Source: Stegostoma tigrinum (taxonomy: Eukaryota). From it: a stretch of 64,000 bases of DNA. Shown here piece by piece: positions 20,123-33,653 of this stretch; the stretch's first letter is position 1, and each line of letters starts with the position of its first letter. The stretch spans positions 20,916,629 to 20,980,628 of the forward strand of contig NC_081391.1 in assembly GCF_030684315.1 (NCBI RefSeq), written 5' to 3'. Position numbers and translations under genes: made by a program. Under the pieces are notes generated by a model. That model did no database searches, was not told where the DNA came from, and was given only the letters and a program-made list of their open reading frames with translations.

Positions 20123-22259
20123 ATGGGGTCAATATCTATATCTGTTGTACAAGGTGACCTCATTCTACTAAATGACTAGTTGTGCTCTGAGCAAATTAAA
20201 ATAGTGTTCACCATGGAACTGAGCACAGTGTGTAATTTTCATAGCTTCTGGTTCTTGGAGCTTTTTGTGTTTTAATGTCTGATCATCAATCCTTTGTTCT
20301 TTGTGACAAGCTTTTGATTCAATGCCTGCCCCAGTAACTTGATCAGTGTTTGATTCTGCTGTGTCTGGGGATTGAGTGGGCAATCCTTTTATTGGAAATT
20401 CCATAACTGGTAAGGTTGTTGACAGATAAATCAGCATTACTGACATGTACTCACAGGGACAAGTTTGCAGGACCAGCTTCTAATCAATACACTGACTGAA
20501 ATCATTCCTTTGCCTAAAGGGTAGGCACTGATCTAATGCACTGCCCTTGGCCATGTGTTTGCATCTCTTTTAAATAAGGAGATTCTGGAAACCAGGAACA
20601 CAACCTGCTGGGAAATCTCAGGTTGGGCAGCATTGGTAGGGAGAAGGGTTGAACAGAACCTGGACATGAGACACTCAATCATCTCTTGATTGACTTTGTT
20701 GCCTGACAGTGAGGTGTTTTCCAGCAATTTGTTCTCATGCCTAGATGTTAGTGATTTTAGTAGTTTGTAAAATTCCTCCTTACAAGACTAAGATACAATG
20801 CTTTTCCACAGTCTCTTTTTTCTTTGACATAAGCAATTGCTCATGTCATTGTTCCCAGAGCTAGGGAATTAGTTTCTTCAGTATTTCCTTTATACATGTA
20901 GGAGAAGGAAAAATCTACCTTCTCTTAGAATGCTAACGTCTAGGAACGGCCATGCGAATGAAGCGGTGCCCACCTCGTTCCCTGTGTGATAATTTCTATT
21001 ATTACCCTGCAACGAAGAGGTGACAAATACTGAGGATGCCTGGTGGAAAATCAAGCTAAAATACAAATACCATGTGCAGAATCGGCAGTTCCAATTTTTA
21101 CGTTTATTAATCTTCAGCAGGAGAGCTGATCTGGCTGACCTGTGACTCCAAACAGTGCACTGTGGTGGCCTAATCACTATCAATCAGCCCTGAATTACAA
21201 TGTGACTGGTTTGTGTAAGTGCTTTAACAGGATCAGGCTATCACTGACAGGCAGCATTTATTATCCATCTCTGATTACCCACCCAGCCCATGAGTAATTC
21301 AAATTAAACCCCTTTGCTCTGCCTGTGGCGTTACGCAAAGGCCCGATCAGGTAAGGATGGCAGTTTCTTACGAACAAGGACATTAGTGAACCAGAAGAGG
21401 CTTGTTTGGACCATCTCTTCTGGAAAGAGAATGATGTGCATGAAATTCTGTCAAGTCAGACAGTATCAGGATTACAGGTGGCAGTCTAACACTCCAGAAT
21501 GTTGACAGCCTCCAGCAAACGAGCAGCCACTTTCGTCTATCCTTCCACCACTGACATACGCAGAGACTGCAATATATACCATCTACCAAATGCTGTAGGA
21601 ATCCACCAAAGCTCCTCAGCCAACTTCTTAAAACCGTAACTACTTTCCATCGGACAAGGGCAGATGATATGTGGGAACACCACGTTCTACACCAAACCAC
21701 CGATCAGCTGGTGTTGGAAACATCGCTCCCAGGTTCCCTCCCTAACAGCAGTATGGGTTTGATTACACCAAATGGGCAACAGTAATGCAAGAAGGCAAGT
21801 CACCACATTCTCTAAACTAATGTTGGCCCTGATCTCTGAGGGGTTCAAATACCTCTGGATGAAGAGGTTTTGGTGAAATGGTCAAGTTCCTGTTCAACCA
21901 CAGCCGGAGTGCACAGTTCTGGCAGGTTCGACCCAAAGATGGTTATGCACAGAATTTCTGGAAGTAACCTGGACAGAGAGATGGTTAATTCATGATAACG
22001 GCTTGTCTAGTCCCTCTGTGTAGGAAGTTAAGGGATGGCTGTAATTGATAATTTTCAGAGGATTAATGGATTTGACAGGGTAGAGAGGAAAGAACCCATT
22101 TCTTCTCAATGATCATCTCGGACTGTGCGTAGAATGGGATGACAATCTTCACATTAGAATTACATCATCCAGGATAATATCAAAAACAATTTCTTTGTGG
22201 AAAGGACAATATCTGCGCGCACAGATATTTACTGCACAAGGTTTGATGTTGCCAATCAC

Positions 22260-23033
22260 TTTCCAATTTCAACAAAAAAAAGTGAGTAATGCATTTTTGT
22301 CGAAGAAACACAAAGTCAAAACAGGCTCGATGTTACAAATCTGATGTGAGTACAGGAGCTCAGCGACTTTCAGTTTCAAGTATGTGATTATCTGAAAGTG
22401 GTCAGGCAGGATGAAGCTGTTATTAATGGAGATTGAGCCACTTTTGTGAACCTTGTGTTTTCAAATTGAGGCATCGAGTATAAAAGCAACGAATTGATGT
22501 TACACCTCTACAAATCATTGGTTAGACCACATTTCCATTATGTACTCAGTTCTGGGCGTGACATTCAAGGAAGGATGTGAAAAACCTCAAAAGTGTTCAA
22601 AGGTGATTTATTACGATGACCCCAGGAATGGGGAATTTTAGATACACAGAAAGATTAAGGAAAATGGGGGAAATCTCCTTGTAGGTGACCTTATTGACGT
22701 GATCAAAACTATGATCAATTTTGTCAGAGTAAAGCAGGATATTCTGATTTCAGCAGTTGACTTGTCAGTGACGAGGGGTCACAGTTTGTCAGTAGGGGAG
22801 ATCAGAGTGAAATGGTTAGAAAACTCTTTGCTCAGAAAGTTGTTCGGATTTGGAATGTGCTGCCTGGGAGAGTGACGGAGGTCGATTCCATGGTTGGTTT
22901 CAGAACAAGAGTTGGATATGTCCTTGGAAGTGACGAATTTAGAGAGTGACAGAGATAGGGCTGGAAAGTGAGACTAATCAGGTAGCTCTTTCAGAAGCTA
23001 TTACAGGAACGGTGGGCTGAACGGCCTCCTGTT
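22260..23033 (+). mobile_element. Old decayed CR1 LINE 3' end (spacer copy)
   Basis: Paralogue of 4660-5410. Confidence 0.65.
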
Positions 23034-24262
23034 GTGAAAAACGCTCTGAATTTCCACTCAGGAAATTCTGAGAGTTTGGGGACGGGGTTTGAATTCCACC
23101 TGTAGAAGGCACCTTTAATGTGGGAAAGCTGTTACACGCCAGCAGAGACATGGTCCTTTACACAAGGTAGACCCAGTTCCACTGGCAAAGAAATGTTGAC
23201 TGGGGATCCCCCCACTGCTGACCAACACCCACTGTCACAGCCAACGATCGCACACACCTATCTTCCACCTGGATGGCCGCTGGGGACTGGTTTTGCATTG
23301 CACTTTATCAGGACCCTCCCCTCGATCGTACCATCCTGGGTGGCGCTGCCAGGAGGTGAAATCTTCTTCAGGTATCACTCTGAGAACCAACAGAACACTT
23401 GAGGCTCTCCATCACTGCGAGGTGACAATCCACAGGCAGGAGCTGGAGGCAGGGAGATTCTGCTCAGGTACAGACCCACCACAGAATCGGAGAATTGTTA
23501 TGGCACAGCAGGAGGCCATTCGGTCCTTTGTGCCTGTACCTGTTCTGGTTGTTTTCTAAATCTGCCTGTAGAGATGATTTAAGATCTCTGGATCTGGTAG
23601 GAACTTGTACCAAGGCCTCCTGGTCCACAGCTAGGGACATGACCCCTTAACCACAAGACCCTGGCTGCGCTAGTTGCACAAACGTGGAATCATAGAAAAT
23701 AAATGTTGAGTCGGCCATTCATCCCTTCCAGCCTGCTCTGCCATTCCATGTGATTGTGGCTGATTCCATAACTCAGCACCATATTCTCACCCTCTCTGCA
23801 TTCCCTTTTGATCCAGCCCTCAAAGCTCTCCCCAATTCCTGTTTTGGCTTCAATCCTTTTCTGTGGCAGAGAATTCCACAGGATCCACCACCCCGCCCCC
23901 CGAGGTGAAGAGATTTCTCCTCACCTCAGTTCTAAATGTATCCTTAGACTGCAAACCCTGGTCCTGAACTCCCCCATAATCAGGAACATCCTTCCTGTCT
24001 TTTCCACAGCTGACACTGTTACAATTTTCTATGACCCAGAGACAATTTCCCAACTTTCTTTCCCAAATCCCAGCATAACAAGCTGAGAAACTGATGCCCC
24101 TCTTCCTCATTGAATCCCTCATGCAGTTGCTCACAACCACCTTAATTAAAAAAAATGTGAAAACTTTTCTCAAACCAAATTGACTTATTTTAAAAAAGAA
24201 CCAAATAACACACGACCTGAGTGAGTGGTGCAGAAGGTTTGAGATGCCGAATGGCCTCCTGC

Positions 24263-24460
24263 TGTTCCAATCACAGAATAACCATCCAGACCTGGCTCTC
24301 ATCTCCACCTCTGATCAGCTCTGCTTAACACACCCTCCCCCTCTCTCTCATTGGTGCCTGTATGCATGGGTGGTTCCTGATTGGCCACCAGCAACTGTCA
24401 GTCATCATCAGTTCTGCCTCTCTCTGTGTGACTGCAGCATGGTCCCAGGACTATAAATAC
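24263..24460 (+). promoter_or_regulatory. Proximal promoter of copy 5
   Basis: Same block; TATAAAT at 24452. Confidence 0.7.
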
Positions 24461-24528
24461 AAGAGCCTGTGGGAGAGAGAGACTTAGTTCTAGAGTTTTC
24501 TTGGTGCTTGTGAGCAGGAATAGTGAAG

Positions 24529-26800
24529 ATGGTTTCCCAAGTGTGTCAGAACTACCACAAGGACTGTGAGGATGCTGTTAACAAGCAGATCAACCTGGAG
24601 CTCTATTCCTCCTATGTTTACCTCTCCCTGGTGAGCTTTGTGGAATTGAAGCCTGTGCTATGATAGTGTTGACCTGTTTGGTTTTTATGCTGAGTTAATG
24701 AATTAGCTGTATCATGTATTATTTTCTGTGGCCCTTCCCCTGTTGCAATCTAGTGCAGGTCTTATCACTGACTCTCTGTTCAAAACTTGACCACTGTCTT
24801 CATGTCCAACTGGCTCCTGGATGTGGATGCCCAGCTTGCTGTCTCTGGACAATGTAACCCTTGGTGATTTTTTCATCTAACTCTGGAGGGATGATCTGGT
24901 CTTGGTCAATAATTAATTTTTGTAAAACTTTGGTTGTATTCCTTTTCTCAACAAAAGCTTTTCCTGACACAAATATACTCCTTTTTTAAAACCTTGCCCT
25001 ATTCACCGGACTGTCTTGTGCTCAAGATGTCAAGTTCCCTGAACTAAAAGAACAGCTGCTGCTAGACATTAAACACTAACAAAAATAGCTAGAAAAGCTC
25101 TACAGAGCTGGAAGAAATCCAAGCTCTGGGTCCATTGACCCTTTCTCAGAAGTGGCTTTGAGCTATGCAATGTGAGGAAAGGGGCACATTTTCAGACTAT
25201 GTATGTGTTTTTTTTTCTTTCTCTCTAACAAAGCAGTTAAAATTCTGTGGAGTGGGTGGTAGGACACTGCGGTTATTCAGGTGGGTGATAGTGATAATGA
25301 GACTGCTGACTGAGCTTTCTGGTTGTGTTAATGAACACATGTCCCTTCATTCAGTTGGACAGGGGCCGAACTGGTCTCCACCTCCTGAACAATAGTGTTT
25401 CTAACCTGCAGAGCAGGGATGTCTAATGGCTCTAGACAGCTCTCCCCTTCATCATCCATGGAAGGTGACTTCCTGCTTTGTCTGTTTTTTTAACCACTTA
25501 AATGTGGAATCCAGATGGTGCCCAGGTTAGTTCCAGAGTGAGGAGTGTCATTCATGAATTTCAGACAGTTTCCTTTTAGCCTCTCTCTTCCCACAGTTCT
25601 CTTACTTTGACCGGGATGATGTTGCCCTGCATCACTTTGCTGAGTTCTTCAAGGAGCAGTCCCATGAGGAACGGGAACACGCTGAGAAACTGATGGCATT
25701 CCAGAATAAACGTGGAGGTCGAGTCATCCTGCAGGACATCAAGGTTAGATTCTGAAGCCTTCTGTTTGCAGCTTTTTGTGAGCAGCTACAATCGACTGGT
25801 ATCTCCATCTATTTAGCTTTAGCCTTGAACAAATACTGTGTGAAGGGGAGGGTGTTCACCAAAATAGGATTCCTTTAGGTTGAAAGGAAATACTCTGCAC
25901 TTATGAGGGCAATTGAGAGGAACCAGAATAGTGAGTAGATATCAATGTGAATGACTCTCCTTCAGACAGAATGAGGTAACAAAAGCTAAGACAGGAAATT
26001 GTTGCACTGTGGAAAGTAGCAGTGTCCAGCCTTTCTGAATCTGGAAGATGTTTCTAACACCACAATAGTGAAGCCAGGAACTACTTCCATTGGTACCTAT
26101 TCTCTGCATGTGAATTCTGAGAATCTACATTAACAGTAGAATGTGTTTAGAAAATTTGTTATTCCCTCAGTACAAAATCTAGTTGTCTTCAAATTAAAGT
26201 TGGTTTGCAGTACCTCCCCTACAATGATGAGGGATAACTAACTGATCAGATGTAGACTAATGATACAACTGCCTGCTGAACTGTGCTTTCTGTTCCTGCT
26301 TCCCTCCCTCCAGAAGCCAGAGCAGGATGAGTGGGGCAGTGGTCTGGAGGCAATGCAGAGAGCTCTGCAGATGGAGAAGGATGTGAACCAGAGTCTGCTG
26401 GATCTGCACAAACTCGCCTCTGGCCACACTGACCCTCATGTGAGTTTGTAAACTTTCTTCTTGGAAGAAAGTGGTGTGTTTGTGCACTCTCTGGGTAAAA
26501 ATCCAATTACCTTCTCCCAGCCTCCTGCAGGCTGTTAAAACAAACTTACAAATGCATCACCTCAGTGGACCTCCACCTGGTTGTGATGGTCACATCTGTC
26601 ATGGGGGTCACTTTCAGACACTTTTGATCCTCTGGATTAATTTTCTCTTCCAGCTGTGTGACTTCCTGGAGAGGCAATACTTGGATGAGCAAGTGAAGAT
26701 GATCAAGAAGCTGGGAGATCACATCACCAACCTGAAGAGACTGGGAGCCCCTGACAATGGCATGGGAGAGTACCTGTTTGACAGGCTCACACTCGGCTGA
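24529..26800 (+). CDS. FTH1-like: Ferritin heavy/middle-subunit-like, copy 5, 173 aa
   Basis: Exons 24529-24630, 25597-25743, 26314-26439, 26654-26800. Open frame (exon 1 ends YLSL, protein ends RLTLG*) with ferroxidase ligands intact. TATA 24452, ATTAAA 26869. Confidence 0.93.
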
Positions 26801-28878
26801 ATGGGGTCAATAATGTGTATGTTGTACATGGTGACATAATGCTAGTAACTTGGTTGTGCTCTGAGCAAATTAAAATAGTGTTCACCATGCAACTGAGTAC
26901 TTTGCATAATTTCACAGCTGCTTCTGGCTCTTGGTATTGCTGTTTGACACCTGATCATGAAGTGTTTTTCTGTCTGATTAACCTTTGATTCAATGCCTGC
27001 CCCACTGGCTTGCTCCTTTTCTCTTGTTTGTAGGAATTAGGTGGGCAATCCTTGTAGTGGAAATTCCACAAGTGTTCAGTTTGGGTTTTTTTGGCTAGTA
27101 AGCAGTGTTGTATTGACTTCTTTATTCCAAACCAGCTTCTGGTCAATATCTTCAGTGAAACCAGCCCCCTGTCTCAATGTTAGACACTGCCCTTGCAAAT
27201 GTTTAGGTCTCTTTTGTAAATAAGCAGGGGCAGGAAATAGCAAGTTTGGGGAGCATCTGTGGAGAGAAAACTGTTCAGTCCCAGGACCCAAGCTTTCCAG
27301 CAATTTTGTTGTCGCACTTCAAATCTAATGATTTGAGCATACATTCACTCTTTTTTTGGAACAGGAATATATATAGCAGAACATCCAGCATTTCAGATGC
27401 ACTGATCTTTAGCATTTAGATAAGCAATTGTGTCCAGATCTGGGAAATTGGTTTCTCTCTTTTGCTGCGGTGGTGGAAGGAGTGAGGGCAGTGGCTGTTT
27501 GTAGGAGAATGGCAAAGTTTGTTTTCTTGTGTATCAGTCTCTCTGCTTCTAGACAATGATCCTGATTAGGTAATGAAGCAGTCCCCACCTTCGAGCCCCT
27601 GTGGTAGAACTTCTATCACTTCTCTGCAGTCTAAGGACGCCAAATGCTCATGACACCAGGAGAAAATAAAGCTCGAACCCAAATGCCACTGGCAGAAAGC
27701 AGCAGTTCCTATTCTTAGCAAGGAAATAAGCTCTCCTGATGTAGATTGACTGACTGGAATGTACCTACACCTGCAGAGCACTCTGGCTGCCTAATTACTG
27801 ATGCTCAGGGGTGACAGATTCCTTTAGAAAAAGGATGAGGATGTCTCTGAGCTGACACCATTTATCCATTTCCGATTGCCCCCCGCCAAAGCCAGGTCAG
27901 AGTGTCACGCTTTGCTGTGGTTGCAGTGTCATATGCAGGCCAGACTAAGTAAGGATGCATTTTTTGACACTGAATTTAATGCTAGTCATCAGTTTCTTAA
28001 TTCTAGAACTCCAGAGAGTTGTTGCACAGAATTAGAAGATCAGTCCACCACTCCAGAAATGTGATGGCCTCCCGCTGCCACCAGCCACGAGATTCATTCT
28101 TTGCACCACTGACACACACAGAGTACACTGTGTACTGCCTCCCAAAAGCTGCAGAAATCCACCATCGCTCCTGAGACAATACTTTCCATAGCCCTAATTA
28201 CGTGCCATGGGAGAAAAGCATCTGATACAGGGGAACACCACCCCCTCTAACTACTCCACCAAGCGACATGCCATCCTGAGTTGGAAACGTGACCCGCCAT
28301 GCTCCAGGGTTGGTGGATCAGAATCCTGGAATTCCCTCACTCAGAACATTATGGATCTGACGACAGCAAATAGGCAACAGCAATTCAAGAAGGAAAGCTA
28401 CCACATTCTCTCATGGTGAGCCTGATCTCAGACCGGGTCCAATACCTCGGGATGGGCCTTCTTTTGTGAAATTGTCAAGTCCTAGTTCAACCCCATCTGG
28501 AGTGCACTATTCCAGTAGGTTCAATCCAAAGATGCTTATGCACAGAATTTCTGGAATGAACCTGGGCAGAAAGTTAATTGGCTACGATGATAATAGTTTT
28601 CCCAAGTCTCTCGGTGTAGAAGTGGAAGGGATGTCTGTGCTTGAAATTTACAAGTGGATTCATGGATTTGATAGGGTAGATAGAGAGATCCTGCTTCTTT
28701 TCAATTCCATTCCAGGACCGAGAGTGGGGAATATGATTACATTCCTAGTAGTAGAAGTAAATCATCCATGATAAAGCAAAAAACAGCTGCTTTTTGGAAA
28801 GGATAATATGTGAATGAGCAGTTAGATATTTATTCGGTAAGATATTGATGTTGCCAATCACTTTCCCATTGCAACATA

Positions 28879-30040
28879 TGACCAAACAGGTAGATGAGAG
28901 AAAACCGGTTGATGTGGTGTATATGGATTTCGGCAAGGCTTTCGATTAGGCTATTGTACAAAATACGGAGGAATGGGATTGTGGGAGATATAGCAGTTTG
29001 GATCAGAAATTGGCTTGCTGAAAGAAGACAGCGTGGTGGTTGATGGGAAATGTTCATCCTAGAGACCGGTTACTCGCGGTGTACCGCAAGGGTCGGTGCT
29101 GGGTCCACTGCTGTTTGTCGTTTTTATAAACGTAGAAGGATGGGTTAGTAAATTTGCAGACGACACGAAGGTCGGTGGAGATGTGGATAGTGACGAAGAA
29201 TGTTGTAGGTTACAGAGAGACGTAGATAAGTTGCAGAGCTGGGCTGAGAGGTGGCAAACGGAGGTTAATGCGGACAAGTGTGAGGTGTTGTACTTTGGTA
29301 GGAGGAACCGGAAGGCAAAGTACTGTAAGATTCTTGGTAGTGTAGATGAGCAGAGAGATCTCGGTGACCATGTACACAGATCCTTGAAAGTTGCCACCCA
29401 GGTTGACAGGGTTGTTAAGAAGGCATACAGTGTTTTAGCTTTTATGAATCCAGGGATCATGTTCCGGAACCAAGAGGTTATGCTGCAGCTGTACAAAACT
29501 CTGGTGCGGCCGCACTTGGAGCATTGCGTACAATTCTGGTCACCGCGTTATAAGAAGGATGTGGAAGTTTTGGAAAGGGTGCAGAGGAGGTTTACTAGGA
29601 TGTTGCCTGGTATGGAGGGAAAGTCTTACGAGGAAAGGCTGAGGGACTTGAGGCTGTTCTCGTTAGAGAGAAGAAGGTTGAGAGGTGACTTAATTGAGAC
29701 ATATAAGATAATCAAAGGGTTAGACAGGTTGGATAGGGAGAGCCTTTTCCCTAGGACGGAAACGGCGAGCACGAGGGGGCATAGCTTTAAATTGAGGGGT
29801 GAACGATATAGGACAGATGTCAGAGGTAGTTGCTTTACTCAGAGAATAGTAAGGGTATGGAACGCTTTGCCTACAACGGTCGTAGATTCACCAACTTTAA
29901 GTACATTTAAGTCGTCATTGGACAAGCATATGGACGTACGTGGAATAGTGTTGGTTAGATGAGCTTCAGATCGGTATGACAGGTCGGCACAACGTCAGGG
30001 CCGAAGGGCCTGTACTGTGCTGTAATGTTCTATGTTCTAT
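28879..30040 (+). mobile_element. 5'-truncated CR1-clade LINE (RT C-terminal part and 3' tail)
   Basis: ORF 29096-29962 contains [49 protein letters not shown] (CR1 ORF2). The 3' tail is tgttctatgttctat. TSD AACATA at 28873-28878 and 30041-30046; an empty site is visible in the paralogous spacer at ~50441. Confidence 0.92.
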
Positions 30041-30046
30041 AACATA

Positions 30047-30797
30047 AAAGATTAATGCATTTTGGTTGAGAAACATAGAAAGACAAAACAGGCTCGATGT
30101 TACAAATCTGAGGTGAGTACGGGAGCAGAGGGACTTTGGGTTTCAAGTATGTGATTATCTGAAAGTGGCCGAGCGGGACTAACCTGCTATGAAGAAGGCT
30201 TTTGTGAAATGTGTGTTTTCAAATAGATGCGGAGAGTATAAAAGCGAGGAATAGATGTTACACCTCCACAAATCATGGGTTAGACCACATTTGCAGTACT
30301 GTGTTCAGTTCTGGGCATGGTATTTAAGGAAGGACATTAAAGCCCTCGACAGAGTTCAAAGGGCATTTACGAGAATGACACCAGGAATGAGGGATTTTAG
30401 ATACAAGGAAAGATGAAGGAAATTGGGATAAATCTCCTTGAAGCATAGTTGATTAAGAGGTGTCCCCGTTGAAGTGACAAAAATAATGAACATTCTGGCA
30501 GGGTAAAGGAGGATACCCTGTTTTCACCAGTTGATACGGCAGTGATGAGGGGTCACAATTTGTCAGTAAGGGAGCTCTGAGATGAGGACAAACCTCTCTA
30601 TTCAGAAGGTTGTTAGGATTTGGAATCTGATGCCTGGGAGAGTGGCGGAGGTAGATCCCATAGGTGGCTTCAAAACAAGAGCTGGATATATACTTGGGAG
30701 TGACGAATATAGAGGGTATAGGGCTGGAGAGGGGGACTAGGTGGGTAGCTCTTTCGGAAGCCGATACGGACATGATGGGCTGAATGGCCTCTGTCGT
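30047..30797 (+). mobile_element. Old decayed CR1 LINE 3' end, host of the younger CR1 insertion
   Basis: Paralogue of 2790-3565, resuming after the AACATA TSD. Confidence 0.65.
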
Positions 30798-31247
30798 TAA
30801 AAATCCTCTGAATGTCCACCCAGGAACTTTTGTAAATTTTGGGTTTGTATTCCTCTCAGTCTTAAATGTCCAACCCAGTCCTCTTACATCAGGATACCCT
30901 GATCCTGGACTCCCCCATCATTGGGAACATCCTTCCTGTCCTTGCCCCGTCTGATCCTGTCACAGTTTTCTATGACCCAGAGCCAATTTGCCACCTTTCT
31001 GTCTCATATCCCAGCACAACAGGCTGAGAAACTGACACCTCTTCTTCATTGACTTCCTCGTGCAGTTTGTCACAACCACCTTAATTTAGAAACAAAATGT
31101 TAAAGCTTTTTTCAATTGCCAGTCATCATCAGTTCTGCCCTTCTCTGTGTCAGTGCGGGATGGCCCCCAGGAGTATAAATACAGAGCTTGTCGGGGAGCA
31201 ACTCAGTTCTGGGGTGGTCTTGGTTTTAATGAACAAGGCTAGTGATG

Positions 31248-33653
31248 ATGGCCTCCCAAGCGTGTCAGAACTACCACAAGGACTGTGAGGATGCTGTGAA
31301 CAAGCAGATCAACCTGGAGCTTTATTCCTCCTATGTTTACCTCTCCATGGTGAGACTTGTGATCTTGAATGGTCTATTTCAGTGTTAGGGCTGTGATATG
31401 ATTGTACTGAGCCTTTAAGTGGCTTCTTGCTCAATGATTTAGTACTACCATATATCTTGTCTGTTGTCCTTCCTGGAATGAATCCAGTGAGTGCTCTTAA
31501 TGCTAATTCTGTAGCAATTTTAAGCTTGTCTTGTGTTGGAGCTGGCTCTTGTCTAGGAGTCCCCAGTATGTTGTAATTCTGGGCAGAGCACATTTTTGGT
31601 GCTGAGGGATGGCCTGGTTCTGCTTCTTAATTCAACTCCTCCTTCCATGTTGATATCAATGGCCCATTTATATTTGAAATCATTTACATCCTTGTGGAAG
31701 CTTGCATCAGTCCAAATCTAACTTTTTATATCTTGTCCTTTTAATGAAGCCTTTTTTTTAATAAACATCCTAACTGTGATTAACTACTGGAAATAAAAGA
31801 CTAAAATGAGCTGCTGGAAAAGCTTAGTGGGTCTGGTAGGATCTGTGGTGAGAAATCAGTTCCTGTTTTTGGTCCGGTGACCTTTCCTTCATGGTTTTTA
31901 GTTGCTACTTATGAGGAGCAGACTTTTTCCACTCCCAAGATGGATTATCTGGAACAAAAATCAGTCACTGTCTCTTGTGCAGATGAGGTGTTAGGACAGT
32001 GGGGCTAAATCAGATGAGTGATGTTGGTAATGTGAGGAGCTCAGATTTCAGCTTCTCTTGGTCAACATGCACATGTCCCTTCGTTCTGTTGGACAATGCC
32101 CTGATTGGCTTCCAGCACTGGGTAATAGTGTTTCTGACCTGCAGTGCAGGGATGTCTAATGCCTGTTGCCAGCTGTGACCGTCACCGTGCACTGTCTCAC
32201 CAAGTCACCGACCAGGGGTTGTAGCGGGTGCTACTTAATCTTTATTTCTAGATGTTTGAACAAATATCTGTCTAGTTTAGTTTATGGATGACCATAAATG
32301 TAAATACCTGTCTTCTTACTGTCCATCTAACTTCCATTTCGTGAGCAAAACCAAGCTGAATTGAGTGAAATTTACTTCCCATTTTGTCTGTTTGCAGTTC
32401 TCTCTCTTTGACCAGGATGATGTTGCCCTCCATCACTTTGCTGAGTTCTTCAAGGAGCAGTCCCATGAGGAGCGGGAACACGCTGAGAAACTGATGGCAT
32501 TCCAGAATAAACGTGGAGGCTGAGTCCTCCCGAGGACATCAAGGTTGGATTCTGAGAATGTCTGTCTGTTTGCAGCTTTTTGAGCAGCTACAATCGACTG
32601 GTATCTCCATCTATTTAGCTTCAGGATTGATCAAATACTATGTCAAGGGCAAGTTGTTCACCAAAACAGGATTTGTTTAGGGAAAAGGGAAATACTTTGC
32701 ATTTGTGACTCAATAGCAGAAGGCAATTCAGATGATCCAGGCTACTGGATGGTGAGCACATGTCCCTGTATGTGACTCTATATGGACAAGGTGAGGTAAC
32801 AAAAGGTAAGGCTGAGAACTTGCAGCTACAAAAAGCAGCAGCATCCAACCTCACTACATCCAGAAGAGGTTTGTAATGCCTTGGGACCATTCTGGTCACT
32901 ACATCAAACAGTAAAGCAAGGGATTACTTCCATTGCGACTGATTCTAGATACGACTTCTTTCAGAATTCACAGTAACAGTGGGATATGTTAACATTTCTT
33001 TATTCTCAGACCAGCATAAAATCTAGAGGGTTTTTGTATCCAAGTAAAATTTTTTGTCTGAATGTAACCCCTGGAAATGATGAGGGATAACTAACTGATC
33101 AGATGTAGACTAATGATACAACTGCCTGCTGAGCTGTGCTTTCTGTTCCTGCTTCCCTCCCTCCAGAAGCCAGAGCAGGATGAGTGGAGCAATGGTCTGG
33201 AGGCAATGCAGAGAGCTCTGCAGATGGAGAAGGATGTGAACCAGAGTCTGCTGGATCTGCACAAACTCGCATCTGGCCACACTGACCCTCATGTGAGTTT
33301 GTAAACTTTCTTCTTGGAAGAAAGTGGTGTGTTTGTGCACTCTCTGGGTAAACATCCAATTACCTTCTCCCAGCCTCCTGCAGGCTGTTAAAACAAACAT
33401 ACAAATGCATCACCTCAGTGGACCTCCACATGGTGGTGATGGTCACATCTGTCATGGGGGTCACTTTCAGACACTTTTGATCCTCTGGATTAATTTTCTC
33501 TTCCAGCTGTGTGACTTCCTGGAGAGGCAATACTTGGATGAGCAAGTGAAGATGATCAAGAAGCTGGGAGATCACATCACCAACCTGAAGAGACTGGGAG
33601 CCCCTGACAATGGCATGGGAGAGTACCTGTTTGACAGGCTCACACTCAGCTGA
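31248..33653 (+). pseudogene. Ferritin H/M-type pseudogene, copy 6
   Basis: Exons 31248-31349, 32398-32543, 33167-33292, 33507-33653. CGA>TGA at 32521-32523, then a 1-nt deletion (ctcccgaggac vs ctcctgcaggac). The upstream CCAAT/CACCC promoter block is deleted. Confidence 0.9.

Noticed and set aside
29096-29962. 288-aa ORF as a host gene or an active reverse transcriptase
   Set aside because: It is a 5'-truncated CR1 ORF2 fragment with internal deletions, a TSD and a 3' tail, and it lacks the endonuclease and the N-terminal RT motifs.
31151-31156. CAGTGC hexamer near copy 6 as an IRE loop
   Set aside because: It lies upstream of the TATA box, so it would not be transcribed, and it has no IRE stem.
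32521-32523. In-frame TGA shared by copies 6 and 7 as possible selenocysteine or readthrough
   Set aside because: It is a CpG-type CGA>TGA change at a conserved Arg. Both copies carry further frameshifts and a deleted promoter, and the sharing is explained by duplication.
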